The notes under the pieces: generated by a model
What the model was told of the DNA's origin: nothing
What the model saw: the letters and a program-made list of their open reading frames with translations, nothing else
Database searches by the model: none
Shown: in pieces, positions 47,129-59,091 of the stretch
Layout: each line of letters opens with the position of its first letter
How positions within the stretch are numbered: the stretch's first letter is position 1
Translations under genes and position numbers: made by a program
NCBI GenBank assembly: GCA_976226885.1
Contig: OZ320317.1
Span: 70,122,001-70,186,000 of the forward strand
Reading direction: 5' to 3'
Source of the DNA: Iphione sp. A-MEVVRFRX5
Lineage: Eukaryota
DNA length: 64,000 nucleotides

Positions 47129-49060
47129 TTAAAGTTGACTGTGCCGAGATGCCTCCTGAATGGGAACTTTATTTACATTTTTTTTCAACATCTATTAATA
47201 AAACCATGCCTTTGTTATATTTTTCCTCCTGTCTCCTTCCATTGAATGACGAATACATTTAATTGTCCGAGATTAATATTATTAAATACATTATAAAAAT
47301 ACTATAAGCAGTAGTTCTTGATTTCAACTTTAGTTACAGTTTAAACATATATATCTGCAGTTTCCTGGGAATTTATTAAAAACCATTATTGAAAATAACT
47401 GTAGTCCATATAGCAGACATTTAATTGTCTGAGATTAAAATTATAATCTTAACAGTCACATGTTACTTAATGTAATATGGCCTCAAAACAAGAAATACAT
47501 TATAAAAATACTATAAGCAATAGGTATCAATTTCAACTATAGTTACAGTTTAAACATATATATCTGCAGTTTCCTGGGAATATATTAAAAACCGTTATTG
47601 AAAATAACTGTAGTCCATATAGCAGACATTTAATTGTCCGAGATTAATACTAATCTATTCATGTCTAGATATATCTTAAACATATCTGCAGTTGCCTACC
47701 ACAAAAAAGGTCTACAATGAATATGTTTTCAATTTTTTATTTCTACTATGTGTACAACAGTCATGCATACCATTACTGTGCACTGGATGGTTCATTACTA
47801 TATAACACATTCCTTGGACATTTCATTGTCCATGTCGCAACATTGAAAGCAATCTACCCCTCTCTCCAGTCACTTCATGGTCGCAGACATTTATTGTCCG
47901 ACAGTACAAGTATATAATTTAGCATTACTGGGACAATATGAGACACATAAATATTGATCACCACTTTCTTTTATCACAGTCGAAAATTGCAGGACAAGGT
48001 GGCGCACTCTGAAGGATGAATACATCAAGAAGAAGAGGAAGGCAAAGGCCACCAAGAGTGGTCAAGCTGCAGCTACAAGGGCTTTTGAGAAATGGCAGTT
48101 CTACCATGTCCTTTGCTTTCTGGACAATTACATCGATGACCGGCAAAGTGAGAGTAACTTCACTTATGACTCTGACGTCTGTCCAGAGTCGCAGCCTGAA
48201 TTTGTGACACAAGCGGACACAGAGCCCGCCACAGACTTGGAGGAGGAATCTCAGGAGGAGGTCAACTCCGATGATGGTGATGACGGGGAGCCACAATGTA
48301 ACACAACTCAAGACGACACAGGTTTCCAAGTTGATCTTTTATTCTGGACAGTAGACATGTACAGGTGGTAGTAACAGAGCTCTCCGAAAAGTGTGAAGAA
48401 ATCGAGACATTATATACAGATAGGTTACAACCCTATATCAGTGGTTCGTAACCCTCTGGTCATAGTTCGCAACCTTAGGTATAAAGTTTGTAACCTGTCA
48501 TAACCTTAGGTCATAGTTTGCCTGACCTTCAACCTGGGTGCATGCCCTGGGTGACGACCAGTAAAGAATTACATTAACCCTGTGTCCCACCCTAGCACCC
48601 TTCAATGATGGATGTGAAAGCTGTCAACACCCACCCTGGAAGTGCCTCGAAATCCTCATTCCAATGTAGTGTTTGTTTAGACTAACCTGTCACTTTTACA
48701 TGGTTTATGGGTGTCTACTGGTGTGTGTGACGTCAATGTCCAGACTATCAGAGGTGCCACGTCATAACATGACACACCTGTTGTCTGAGACAAGGATCCA
48801 CGTAATAAGCTTATATCTGTACACTGTACATGGGAACTCTCTTCCTTTCGCTTACCGTTTTACATTAAAGACACGAATTACAAAACGTGCACTTATTGTA
48901 TCTTTCATGTACACGTAATATATGTACACCATAGGTCGACCAGGTATATAAAATAGAGTTTATTGTCCGCAAAACCCAATGTCCACAATACGGATGTCCA
49001 CCAAATGAATGTCCGCCATATTAACACTACTGTGTTACATCAAGTCAACATCGGGTAAGT

Positions 49061-51869
49061 CTAGCTTGATAATTGTGTTGGTTGTGTACCACGGCACACA
49101 AGATCCCGCTGCCAATGCAGGGTGTTGACATCCACAAAGTAATTTAGATGCTTGTTTTGGACCTCCACTCCATCTTGGCGCATTCGATGCACAGTCCTAG
49201 GTAGTTGTTCAAGGGCAATTGCAGGGCCATCATCCTTAGCTGCTTGCTGAACTACCTTGATCTTTGCTGGGGTGCTGCTGTTTTGGAGCATGCAACACGC
49301 TTTCACCACTTTGGCTAGTGTATCTGGGTTCAGCATGATCCGAGTGTGAAACATCTGCCACCACATGGCCAATATTCACAATGTTGATTCCACCATGCAC
49401 CTAGCCATGGAGAGGCACATGTTGAAGATGCGTTGATTCTCAACTATACCTTTCCTGGGATATGGTCGCATTACGTTGGGTGTGAGTGGGAAGGCTTCAT
49501 CAGCTACAAAGACATAGGGCAACCTGCCCAATTCCTCTGCCCCATCACCTGGTAGCACTCATGGTTCTGGAAGGTTAAGGGCTCCATCGTTAAGAGCCCA
49601 ACCAAAGCTAACATGCTGGAATATGCCCCCATCACTGTTCTTTCCTTCCTTGCCCACATCCATGTATATGAACTTGTAATTCACGTCAACCACTGCCATG
49701 AGCACAATGGAAAACGTACTTTTGTAGCTAAAGAAGTTGGAACCTGAGTTCATTGTGGAGATGATTTGGACAGGCTTCCCATCTATTGCGCTGATGCAAT
49801 TAGGGAACTGCCAACTGGCTTTGAAGTTCTCTGCCACCAGCTGCCACTCAGCCGGTGTAGTCGGAGTTACCATCTCCTTGATGAGGTGCTCATTGATGGC
49901 GGTTGCCACCTCATTGATGCAGTGGTGGCTCCAGCTCGGTATTGCCAGGCAATGCTCTGTTGTGATTCCCCAGCTGCAACATACCTGTAACAGAAGAAGT
50001 TCACATACATGTATTAAAATACCTGACAAATAATGGTCCAAGATTCTGAAGTCTTCACCTGCATAGGCTCCTCTGTCATAATTCTGCTGCAGCTCACCTA
50101 TAGCAAAAAGAAATAACAGTAAAATTAGCGGACAAATAATTGTCCGAGACTATTCAGACTTCAATGATCCATACAGCGCACCTAGAACAAAAGGGGGAGA
50201 TTCCTCAGGTGCAACATACCTGTAACAGAAAAAGTACCCAGATTAAAAAGTTTCTGACAAATAATGGTCCGATATTCTGAAGTCCTCACCTATACAGGCT
50301 CTTCTGTCATCCTGCTGATGTGCACCTGTTGTAAAAAGAAATAACAGGATATATTAACAGACAATTAAATGTCCAAGACTATTAAAGCCAGTGATCTATG
50401 CAGGGAGGAAACACATTCATTCATTGATTGTAACTGTTCTCATATTGTTTTTCAGGACACCTGTTATGGCATCGACTCCGAAGCCCATCAAGAAACCTAC
50501 AAATGGGAAGAGGTCAGCTTCTCCTGAGGGTAAACTTGAGAGGAAGAGCAGGAAGAAGAAAGACCATGACGAAGAAGATAGCCTGACAGCTGCCGTGCAG
50601 GGATTCATTGCAGCAGAGGGAAAGAGAAGAGAGGAGAGTGTCCAGCGCTTGGAGTTGCTCCAGAGGCAACTGGATCAATCCAGGCATGACAGGGAGGCAA
50701 AAGACTGGATGAAAAGTGATGCCTGGATGTTCTGGGCCTCTTTCGCACCATGTTTTGAAAAACTGCTACAAGAGCAGAGGGCATTGCTACAAATACAGAT
50801 GGCCCATATGTTCTACGACATTGAGAGGAGCGGGCAGAGCACATCAGCACCTGAACCTACACCTGTAGCCATGTCTGCACATGTGCCGCCAAGGTACTTT
50901 GTTCAGATGCCACCAACTCTAGCGAGATTCGGGACCCATGCGAGCGATTCATACCATGAGGGAGCTTCTCAGGATATGTTCATTGATGCCATACTCTACA
51001 ATGAGTGCAGTCAGATTGGCAAGAACTATCAAGAAATGTGACATGTGTGATTCCTGGAAGAACATTAAACATCATTAATTGACATGTAATTGACTCGTAC
51101 ATGTACGAGATGTGTTTTTTTCTGATGAATAGTGGACATTTGATTGTCCGAGACTTCACGCATTTGGATAAGTTGATATTTTTATAGCAGACATTTAATT
51201 GTCCGAGACTTCTACATAGTTGATTTCATTATTTTAAGTATACATATATTTTAAATATATATTTTTGGCATAGCTGAGCGAAGGTTTCAATAAAGTTGTC
51301 CAGAATGTAAAGTGATTTCAATTACATTCTTCTTGGTTTGTTTGAAATTATGTAGGTAATTACTGTTTCTTATGTGATAGTCAAATTATGCTGTACACAC
51401 ACTATATGTAAGTAGCAGACATTTAATTGTCTGTGACATGAGGTGTCCACGTTATCATATACACACTATGCATTGAAATGTCTGTGATATTAAAAACTAT
51501 TATATTCACCTGAGGAAGATGGCTAGTCTCTCTCTTGGCAATATGGCCTCTTGCATCAGGGACATTCTCTGCAATGATGGTGCGATCCGATGTACGACGT
51601 AGTCGAATTGTGGGACTGTCAATCTAGATAAAGAAACCCTTGAATCCTTTGTTTTGTTTGACGAATTCTTGAAAGAGAGTGTGGAAAGTTCCCAGTTCCA
51701 TACGACAAGTGAGGATAGGCTGTACCCACTTTCCATGCCACCTTTTTCTTCACTTCTTGAGACACTTTGCTAGAGCATGCACAACCTGGGTTTTGTTCCG
51801 ATCGATCTCGATCTCCTCCTGTAACTCCTCCATCATTGCCCAAATGAGAATCTCCTCTTCAGAAGCCAT
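49061..51869 (-). pseudogene. Harbinger (DDE_Tnp_4/HARBI1-like) transposase, two exons, frameshifted
   Basis: MASEEE start at 51869; ILPRERLAIFLR|YVAAGES; WQFPNCISAIDGKPV; FFSYKSTFSIVLMAVVD; GKNSDGGIF; FVADEAFPL; RIFN..LS.AR..VE. Confidence 0.92.
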
Positions 51870-52250
51870 TGTAGGTATATAACACTAGGAAATCAACTAT
51901 CAACATTTACTTGCAAACACAGCTGACTAGTTGACAAATACCAAGATGGCAGAATGTAAACTTCCGTCACGCGGGGATCTGGGTCACATTGACTGTAAAA
52001 TGTGGTCATATGACTTCGCACTTGACCGCACACACACACACTCTTTCCATATGCATGGAAAGCCCTTGTCTGTGTCTGTGCAACAAGGGATTATTTTTGG
52101 TGGCTGTACAAAATGTATACACGTACACGGATAAATTTCTGTATGCATGGAAAGCCGGCCTAAGGCACGAGTGGTGTGAGGATGTCTGTGAGCGACAAGA
52201 GGGCAATCAAGTATACAGGTAGCACCTGGAGTGGTCTGAACACATCCAGA

Positions 52251-52330
52251 CCCTTTGGTCCATTGGATTTGAGTGCTAGCCTTCCAAGTGCAGTAAGTGG
52301 GGCCCTAGGTTCAAACCCTTCTGTGACCTG
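52251..52330 (+). other. tRNA-Gly(TCC)-like relic or SINE head
   Basis: A-box-like TGGTCCATTGG, GCCTTCCAAG anticodon-arm-like segment and B-box-like GGTTCAAACCC; no intact cloverleaf evident. Confidence 0.3.
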
Positions 52331-52518
52331 TGTGATACTTTTTCCCAAAATGTTCTCAAAATGTAGTTAAAAAACGTTCTAAAAACGTTTTTTAATCTAG
52401 TTAGGAAAACATACAAACTTTCAGTTACAGTGATTTTACAACGTTTTAAGCAACGTTTTTAAAACGTTTTTAAAACGTTTCTGTGTTGGCTGGGATTGCA
52501 TCGGCACTGTGTATACTC

Positions 52519-52688
52519 CAGGCCCATAGCTGGAACGTTTTCTGGGGGGATATCAGATGATACCCCCAATATCCCACAGGTGGAACTAATTTGTTTTTGG
52601 TCTCTATGAAAGCCTGTTGACATTAATGTTTTGGGGGTATCGGACGATACCCCCAATACCCCCTTGGCTAGGGGCGGCTAGGGGCCTG
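52519..52688. mobile_element. Second copy of the CAGGCCC-TIR MITE family
   Basis: CAGGCCCATAGC...GCTAGGGGCCTG; shares GGGGTATCGGACGATACCCCC with 28859-29015; flanks TACTC/TACTA. Confidence 0.7.
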
Positions 52689-55584
52689 TACTACATTATG
52701 ATGCACTCATAATGTAACGCCTTCTGTAGGAAATTATCAAAATTATTATTTAGGCCCAATGTATTAAGAACAATGCCGATAGAATCCAATCAAGTAATGA
52801 ACTTTTGTGACTTGTGCATTCCAGCTGAACCCAAAACAACCCCGGCCAAAGGTCTCGGTACGAGCGTGTTTGTAACAGGTTAACTCTATTTTCCGTTATT
52901 TATCAAAGCAATTATTCACATCCAGTATAATTTACCAGTTGTTCTGGATGATTCTGCCGCTGAATGGTCATAACGTCAATTGGCCGCAAGCATTCTCGAT
53001 ACGTGGGCAGGAATGCTATTGAATAAGAAAACAAATACATGTATACCAAAATAGCGATCATATCAATTTAGAACCGGGCGGTTTTAACTTGATCTGTAAA
53101 GGATGTAGCAATTAATGCTCACAAAGGGATAGGCGTGACTTTTGCCCTTACAAGAGCACGGCTCCCAGGGTCCCACGTGAGGGAAATAAGATCAATAAAT
53201 AATCTATCGTGCTATATTTGCCCCTCGGGTGTGATGAAGGAACTGCTCAGCCAATTTCAACAATGCATGACTACAGGCACATTTGTAAACCAATGCCACG
53301 CGTCCTCCTCTTCATATGTGGGAAAGTGAAACATCAATGCTTCCGAAAATATCGTTTCTTGTAGTACCTTTTCATTTAAATTTTCATTCTTTTCAGGTCC
53401 CTCTATCAAGTTTAGTTTTTTTTTCATTAACAAAGGATCTATCGAGATGATATACATGTATTATGCAAAAGTATTACATGTATGGGCAACTTTGAACATT
53501 TAAAATCATGCATAAAGAGCGGTCCTTTGAATGCTAACCCGTCTTTGACGTGTGTGAGGAAAGAATGTGTTGGTCTATAGCGATGGGTACAGAATAAGGG
53601 AGGACTTTACAAACAAGCAGGAGAGCCATTTAGATTTACGAGAAACAAGACCCCATAATAGTTAATGTATATTTATCACACGTACGCAACTTCCCATCGC
53701 ACACTCTATCTTCACTGTCCTATCACTGTCAACTTTCCTTTTCTGGGATACCATCCTCACAATGCTAAGCCTAGGTTTCTAGGTTTTCACTTGCTATTCT
53801 AAGGACAGCATTTTCACAGCATTGCCAACATGCAGTCTACTCAACAAAAGGATAATCACCTCTATTATAGTTAAATAAAAAATCGGCTAAAGCGTGGTGT
53901 GAATGGGTTGACTTTTACAGTTCCACCCTAATTTTCTACTATAACATATCATTCTTCACATTTTCTGAACTTCTTTTGCTAAATTCTGTTGTCCTTGGGT
54001 ATAATCCACCAGAGAAAGCATGGTTATCCGATTTTCAAATCTGCATCGATCCCTGAGTAGCTGAGAAGAACCACTGAAGGTTATCCCAGTCCCAAGGGTG
54101 CATAGTTTCCATTCTCACGTAAGACTAATTTACATGTATACGGAGGTGTCGTTAAGTTCTCTACCACTTTTTCGAATTTTTTTACGTCTGGTAACAAACT
54201 CTAACTTTGTGACACTTTCTATAATTTATATGCGGCTTTGTTGCACAAATACTCTACAGGAAATGTTCTACAAAAAATGTCATTGCAGATGCAAGGTTTT
54301 TAATAACATTGCGTGAGAGTTAGCAGTATAGAAATAAGATAATGCAAGTTTAAAATCAATGAAAATGTCGGAGACGAATGGTAGTCAGGACCTGTTGCTA
54401 TTTGCCTGGGCACTGCATTAACTTTTCATCAGATATTGACCGAGTAAGTCGAGGAAGGAGCGGGGGCCTCTATGGATCTCGACTTACCTTGCATTCCCTA
54501 CCGCTCAGTTGACTGCACTCTCACGATACTCCACACCTATGTGGATTGGAAGCATTTGCTTGTTTTATAGAGCAAGTAATAGGCCAGAGACCCAACCGTT
54601 CCCCATCAAAACACAAGCTGGTAAGTGACTACTCTACGTATATTGGCTAATATTGTCATATATTGTTGGGTTTTGAGAGCTGCCTATATTTAATACAAGT
54701 CCACATGGAAGCTTCTTTTTAACATTGCGTTATTCTGTCATCTCTCTGGAGATCGTGGGTTTTTATTCTTTGGAATGAAGGTTTCTCGTACCGTAACGTT
54801 TTGCTATCAGTGGTTGACAAATCAGAGAAACCATGTTCAGATTTACAAAGTGTTTTTTTTTTCAGTATTACTTTTATCAGTAATCATGAATATCATTCCT
54901 CTCTGACGAGAAAGACGACTTCATTATTTTCACTGTTACATTCTCAATGCTCTGTCTACTAAAACTAACACTAAACCTGCCCCAGAATCCGTCTGGAAAC
55001 TTAAATACATGTATAACACTGGCAGGCTCATCCGAAACACTACTAAACAAAAGCAGAGTTACACCAGAGGTGGGCCAAGGATTGTGACGGTTGAGAGCGC
55101 TATGGTTTACAATTCTGAGTGAAACCAGAATGTGAAGACATTACACCCGGGGGAAGAAAGAGGGCTGGTTTTGGAGATAGGAGCCGCTCCGCTCAAGGAC
55201 AGATACCAAACTGCAAATTTATATCCATAATAGACATATACGATGCACTGATAATCAGAGGCCTTGAAATCTTAGCCAATGGTGACTAACTTTTTCAGGT
55301 TAAAATGAAGGTGCCAAAAATGGGGTATATCACAATAGAAAAGATGGAAAGGGACAAATAAATGCATCGTTACAAAAGTCATGCTAACCTTGGTGCCTCT
55401 GAAGAAGTATATAATTCGGAATAGTCGTAAAGCATGCATGGTCACCCGTCTACATTGCTCTTTGTGTCTATGTCTGAGGCCCAGTTTCCGTGTGTCCGGA
55501 TATTTTCCTGGACACATGCATGCGTGTGTCTAGAAAAAAAAAACGATTCTATGAGAATAAGGGTCGATTTCTTCACATGTATTA

Positions 55585-57169
55585 CAGACACTGCTCATTT
55601 TTGGCCTCTGGACACAGGCCACAGAGTACAGAGTACACCAATACTCCCTTACACTTCTGTGTAAGAGTGGTTTCCTTACCTGCGTTTTTCCTTGTGCATT
55701 AATTTTGTATGTATTTTGTGTGCATTTTTATTGAACCAGTGATAACTATTGTAAGGTGCCAGTTGTATCCATGTGCATTTACCTGCATTTACCCTCCATT
55801 GACTATTAATTCACAGATAGGGTTGTTTATTGATAGTGCGTTTTTGCTGCATGGACATCACTGGTAAAAAGTATCAAAACTGGCAAATGTCACTGGATAA
55901 AGTATAAAAACTGGTGAATGTTACTGGAAAAAGTATTAAAAACTGGCAAATGTCACTGCAAAAATATAAAAACTGGTGAATGACACTGGAAAATCAATGT
56001 CACTGGAAAAAGTATAAAAATAACTGGTGAATGTCACTGGAAAAAAGTACAAAAACTGGTGAATGTCACTGGAAAAAGTACAAAATATAAAAACTTGCAA
56101 ATGCCAGAGGAAAAAATGAGTAAATGTGAGGCAGAACACCTGCTGTAAAGAGTATATCCTATATACTGATGTCTGTTGCTGTCCATGTGTGGTAAATTAT
56201 CAGTCAGGGAGCATTAATAGTCAATAGAAGGTAAAGGCAGGTAAACATACAGGAGAAACTCGCTTTGCGACCTCCTCACTTTGCGACCAAATCGACTATT
56301 GCGACCATTTTGGGTCGGAACGGAAGCAATCTTAGTACATTTACCATATGATTACATATCACTTTGTGACCATATTGCTTTGCGACCAAATTCACCCTGC
56401 GACCACACCTGCTAGGGTCGTTTTCAATATAATTTACTATCACTTTGCGACCATCACCCTGGAGGGATGTTGAGGCGTCAACTTTGACGACTTTGATGGT
56501 CTCTCACCCTAGAGGGGTTGGCCGGGGTGGTCGCGGGCGTCAACTGCGACGTCTCTGATGTTCTCTCACCCTGGAGAGGGTCTGTCGGTAGCGGTCGGTG
56601 GTGTCGGGGGTGTCAGTGGGTATGTCTTTGATGGTCTCTCACCCTGGAGGGTCAGCCTGGAGTGGTCGCAGGGTGTCGGGGAGGACGTCTCTGATGGTCT
56701 CTCACCTCTTTGGGTCACTTTTAGTCATCAAATTCAGCACTTTTTGGACTTAAAGTCATCAAATTCAGCACTTTTTGGACTTTTAGTCATCAAATTCAGC
56801 ACTTTTTGGACCTAAAGTCATCAAATTCAGCACTTTTTGGACGTTTCATATGTTAATAAAGAGAGAGGGAGAAAGGGATATGATTTCAAGCCCAGACCCC
56901 CTCCAAAATCACTTTGCAACCATATTCGCTATTACGACCATTTTGGGCCGGCCCAAGTGCTGGTCGCAAAGCGAGTTTTTCCTGTACATGGATACAACTA
57001 GCACCTTACAATAGTTATCACTGGTTCAGTGAAAAATCCACACAAAAATGCATACAAATACACACGGAAATCCAATGCAAGTAAGAAATACCAGCTTTAC
57101 ACAGGGGTGTAAGGGAGTATTTGCGTGCTCTGTGCACTGTGTCCAGAGGCCACAAATGAGCAGTGTCCA
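55585..57169. mobile_element. Foldback-like element with >200-bp inverted arms and a central ~30-bp minisatellite, interrupted by a MITE
   Basis: 55587-55815 is the reverse complement of 56205-56249 joined to 56985-57167; CACTGGAAAAAGTATAAAAACTGGTGAATGT repeats at 55855-56105. Confidence 0.75.
56250..56984. mobile_element. Tc1/mariner-type MITE (TA TSD) carrying a 31-bp minisatellite
   Basis: TA|CAGGAGAAACTCGCTTTGCGACC...GGTCGCAAAGCGAGTTTTTCCTG|TA; many internal TTGCGACC sub-repeats; four 31-bp units at 56719-56842. Confidence 0.88.
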
Positions 57170-57289
57170 TAAACTTCTCTGGACTCTAGTCTCTGGAGGG
57201 TAACACAGATCAGTAGGATAGAGAATAGGTTATTAAAGAAGAAATAACACCCTCTAACATATGTTACTTCATCTTAAGTTATCTAATTT

Positions 57290-57460
57290 GCACATTATTT
57301 GCATAAAAACTGCACAATTTCCCCTAATATGCTTCACCCTCCATGAAAAGCCATACCATATCCACCGATATGCTTCAACCTCCATGAAAAACCGCACCAT
57401 GTCCACCAATATGCTTCACCTCCCTGAAAACTGCACAATCTCCATCAATATGCTTCAATC
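57290..57460. repeat. ~40-bp tandem repeat, 4 copies
   Basis: ATATGCTTCA at 57327, 57368, 57409 and 57448. Confidence 0.85.
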
Positions 57461-57931
57461 TGGCCCCACCCGAGATCTTCCCTAGTCACATGCTGGCACC
57501 GTTAAACTCCAGGCCTTCCTATTCTAAAGTGCTGTCAAGAGAACATATTGATGGTACTATGCATCTCAAACGTTATGTGGACCGATTACAGGACTAATTA
57601 TTGGCCTTTTTCAAAGGAAAGGTTTCGGTCCTTCCTTTCATGTTGGCGAGTATTGCACATGAATCGTGTTGCTTTCGTAATTACCCCGATACCTCAGTTA
57701 ATTAAACATGAATTGATCGACGAAACGCACTCCCATGGAAAGATTTTCCCCATTCCAAGACGTATGCCACCTCAACTGATTAAACACGAAGTTTCGGGTT
57801 CAAAAGTCAAGTATATATATGTATGCTCTGGTAGAGTTACTACTTTCGGGAAATGCTGCGTGAAATAAAGTCAACTACAGCGCTTACCACAGTAAAATAC
57901 GTTATTCCCTTGACCTGTCGGATTCCTAATA

Positions 57932-58678
57932 AGGCCTAATAAAAAAAAGTTTTGTGTTTCCGTAACCCGACCGACCCTCATATTTGTTTCAATAGAACCT
58001 TTTGTTTCATTCTTGTGTTGTGAATATCTCTTGAGTGAATAAAGATAGAAACATATTGTAACCTGTCAATGTCTGGATGAGCTCTGGTCGCCAAAGGTGA
58101 AATAAACTGACAAAGACAAAGAAACTGGTTCACTCCAATTACACTAAATAGTTGTGCATGGGGTGATTTTTCTCATGCATGCAAAGAGAAAAGGTCTGTT
58201 TATTCAGAAAAACATGGGGCTTTATATATGGCAGTGTTACATAAGAGTTTCTAAAAATAGTATACAGTCTAGACACATGTCTGGTTTGGAGAAATCTACA
58301 CAGTATTCATCCTACTGCATAGCAGTTTACACAATATATGCAGTACCTTAAATGCACAGTACAATCCATGAGCAAAACAGATTGGTTGACGCGGATCACC
58401 TGATGCAGATCACCTGACAGGGATTCACTGAGCTGGATCACATGGCTTACATACATGCAGACACCACATTATACTACACACCAAATTGTTCCTTAGATCA
58501 CCAGCTTTCGTGTGGTATAGGTTTTGTTAAGATCTAATGAGAATAAGTGACATTAACATATACATATCCTAGTTTCAAGATCCACTAACATTGGAAAAAA
58601 TAAAAATATAATACCCCTACCGACCGACCCTATACTTTTTTAGCTTGTTACCAGAAACGCAGAACTTTTTTTTAGCCT
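57932..58678. mobile_element. Non-autonomous DNA element with AGGC...GCCT TIRs (Harbinger/ISL2EU-like; superfamily uncertain)
   Basis: TA|AGGCCTAATAAAAAAAAGTTTTGTGTTTCCGTAAC versus the reverse complement of the right end, AGGCTAAAAAAAAGTTCTGCGTTTCTGGTAAC; CCGACCGACCC near both ends. Confidence 0.6.
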
Positions 58679-59091
58679 TACATGTTGATGAAATCTCCTG
58701 GTTATTACATCTTCAGGCCCGTAACTAGACCTAGGGATATGTGTGTTCGAGGAGTGTCTTTAGTTCATGTTGGACCTCTAAGTGACTAATTAATGTATTC
58801 ATGCACTCTTAAAAACTATTATACTGATATGATTCAGTTATTATTTCTGTATTTCTATTAGCTTGCACAGTAAGTATAACATGACGCCTGCAAACACCAA
58901 TCTCTCTCCTAGATGGGGTTCCGGAGAACCCTCCGAATCCACTGGCCTGATCTATATGTTACGGAATGTGCATGTGGGAAAACAGTAATTTATTGGTTCA
59001 GTTACATGTACCTGCAATCGTATACTTAAAATATATTGATTAATCATAGCCATTTCTTCCCTTCTATTAAATCATATATTTCAGGACCATC

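Larger units (their letters stand above)
42797..51041 (+). pseudogene. Harbinger Myb/SANT-like (MADF) DNA-binding protein with a BESS-like C-terminal exon
   Basis: Exon 42797-42962 (HLIELVRQHHNLYDMS*KDYKD..NNSWQAI) is phase-matched to 47980-48321 (ENCRTRWRTLKDEY...KWQFY..L.FLD). 50456-51041 carries a BESS-like motif (DAWMFWASFAPCFEKLLQEQRALLQIQMAHMFYDIE). One in-frame stop; the phase of the last junction is unresolved. Confidence 0.7.
42410..52160. mobile_element. PIF/Harbinger DNA transposon, 9,751 bp, decayed coding capacity
   Basis: TIRs GGC(T/C)GG(T/C)TTTCCATGCATACAGAAA with a TAA TSD at 42407-42409 and 52161-52163; contains the transposase and a MADF-domain partner. Confidence 0.95.
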
